Positions 63,676 to 64,000 of a stretch of DNA of 64,000 nucleotides are shown here, one piece after another. Location: the NCBI GenBank assembly GCA_902778895.1, contig CACYZF010000002.1, forward strand, positions 140,574 to 204,573, given 5' to 3'. This DNA comes from an uncultured bacterium (GTDB taxonomy: Bacteria > Verrucomicrobiota > Lentisphaeria > Victivallales > UBA1829). The stretch's first letter is position 1, and every line of letters begins with the position of its first letter. A program made the translations under genes and the position numbers. A model generated the notes under the pieces. That model searched no databases. It worked only from the letters and a program-made list of their open reading frames with translations, and was not told the origin of the DNA.

Positions 63676-63699
63676 CACACAACATGAGGTCAAACAATT

Positions 63700-64000
63700 A
63701 TGGCATTGATGGACGCGATCCGGTACGCCTCGACGCTGACGCAGAGCGTGAACGTGGGCGTATCATTGGGAAAAGACAGCGTGTGTCTTCTCGACCTGTG
63801 CGTCAAAAACTTTCGGAACGTCTATCCGTTCTTCATGTACTTCGTCCGGGGATTGAGTTTTCAGGAATCGTACATACGCTACCTGGAAGACAAATATCAG
63901 GTCGGGATCATCCGTCTCCCTCACTGGATGCTGGGGACGTGCTACTGCGGCGGGCTGTACCGCGAAACGAATTTCCTGACCGACACGTGTCCGAACATCA
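63700..64000 (+). CDS. PAPS-reductase/PP-loop ATPase-like phage protein (5' part, truncated by the window end)
   Basis: GAGGT RBS. VGVSLGKDSVCLLDL is an SxGKDS PP-loop motif. The frame stays open to position 64000. Confidence 0.6.
   Translation, partial: MALMDAIRYASTLTQSVNVGVSLGKDSVCLLDLCVKNFRNVYPFFMYFVRGLSFQESYIRYLEDKYQVGIIRLPHWMLGTCYCGGLYRETNFLTDTCPNI

Larger units (their letters stand above)
39690..64000. mobile_element. integrated temperate prophage, left part (continues beyond the window)
   Basis: Starts after the gatB terminator. Immunity switch, xis, recombination and replication modules, methyltransferases, thyX, dut, ssb, and about 60 tightly coupled same-strand ORFs. GC lower by eye. 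Right end and integrase not in the window. Confidence 0.8.

Overview
GC-rich Gram-negative chromosome. The divergent FtsZ, Kdo/LPS genes, serpin and Sel1 protein suggest a PVC-type lineage such as Lentisphaerota or Verrucomicrobiota, but this is a guess. From about 39.7-40.0 kb to the window end it runs into the left part of an integrated temperate prophage.

Host part (1-39.7 kb): ftsA-ftsZ; M28 peptidase; two LPS-kinase paralogs and waaA; an exported protein with a ~100-residue G/F/M tail; an FMN riboswitch followed by ribBA-ribH-nusB-ftsY-aroA; a serpin fusion protein; the UPF0210/UPF0237 pair; a GH67 alpha-glucuronidase; a low-GC DUF4160/DUF2442 cassette bracketed by a duplicated terminator; a Sel1 protein; an S41-like protein; a COG2509 flavoprotein; a Ser/Thr kinase followed by an in-frame 51-bp tandem repeat; a small lysine-rich protein with near-consensus expression signals; an uxs-murF-murE-ArnT-like operon; a PBP5-type carboxypeptidase; gatB.

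Prophage part (40.0-64.0 kb, by eye lower GC, genes tightly coupled):
- an immunity switch (XRE repressor plus zinc-ribbon membrane protein, divergent from an RHH gene);
- xis, then a RecT-like/PD-(D/E)XK recombination module and a replisome organizer/DnaC-like loader;
- a ~700-aa C5 methyltransferase with about six TRD-like modules;
- a long run of small ORFs falling into several paralog families;
- a second (DPPH) methyltransferase, thyX, dut and ssb;
- a sigma-region-4-like regulator upstream of palindromic operators;
- duplicated small-basic-ORF/hairpin modules and a truncated PAPS-reductase-like gene.

No integrase, CRISPR array, rRNA or tRNA was recognised. Many long antisense or out-of-frame ORFs in the track are GC-driven shadows.
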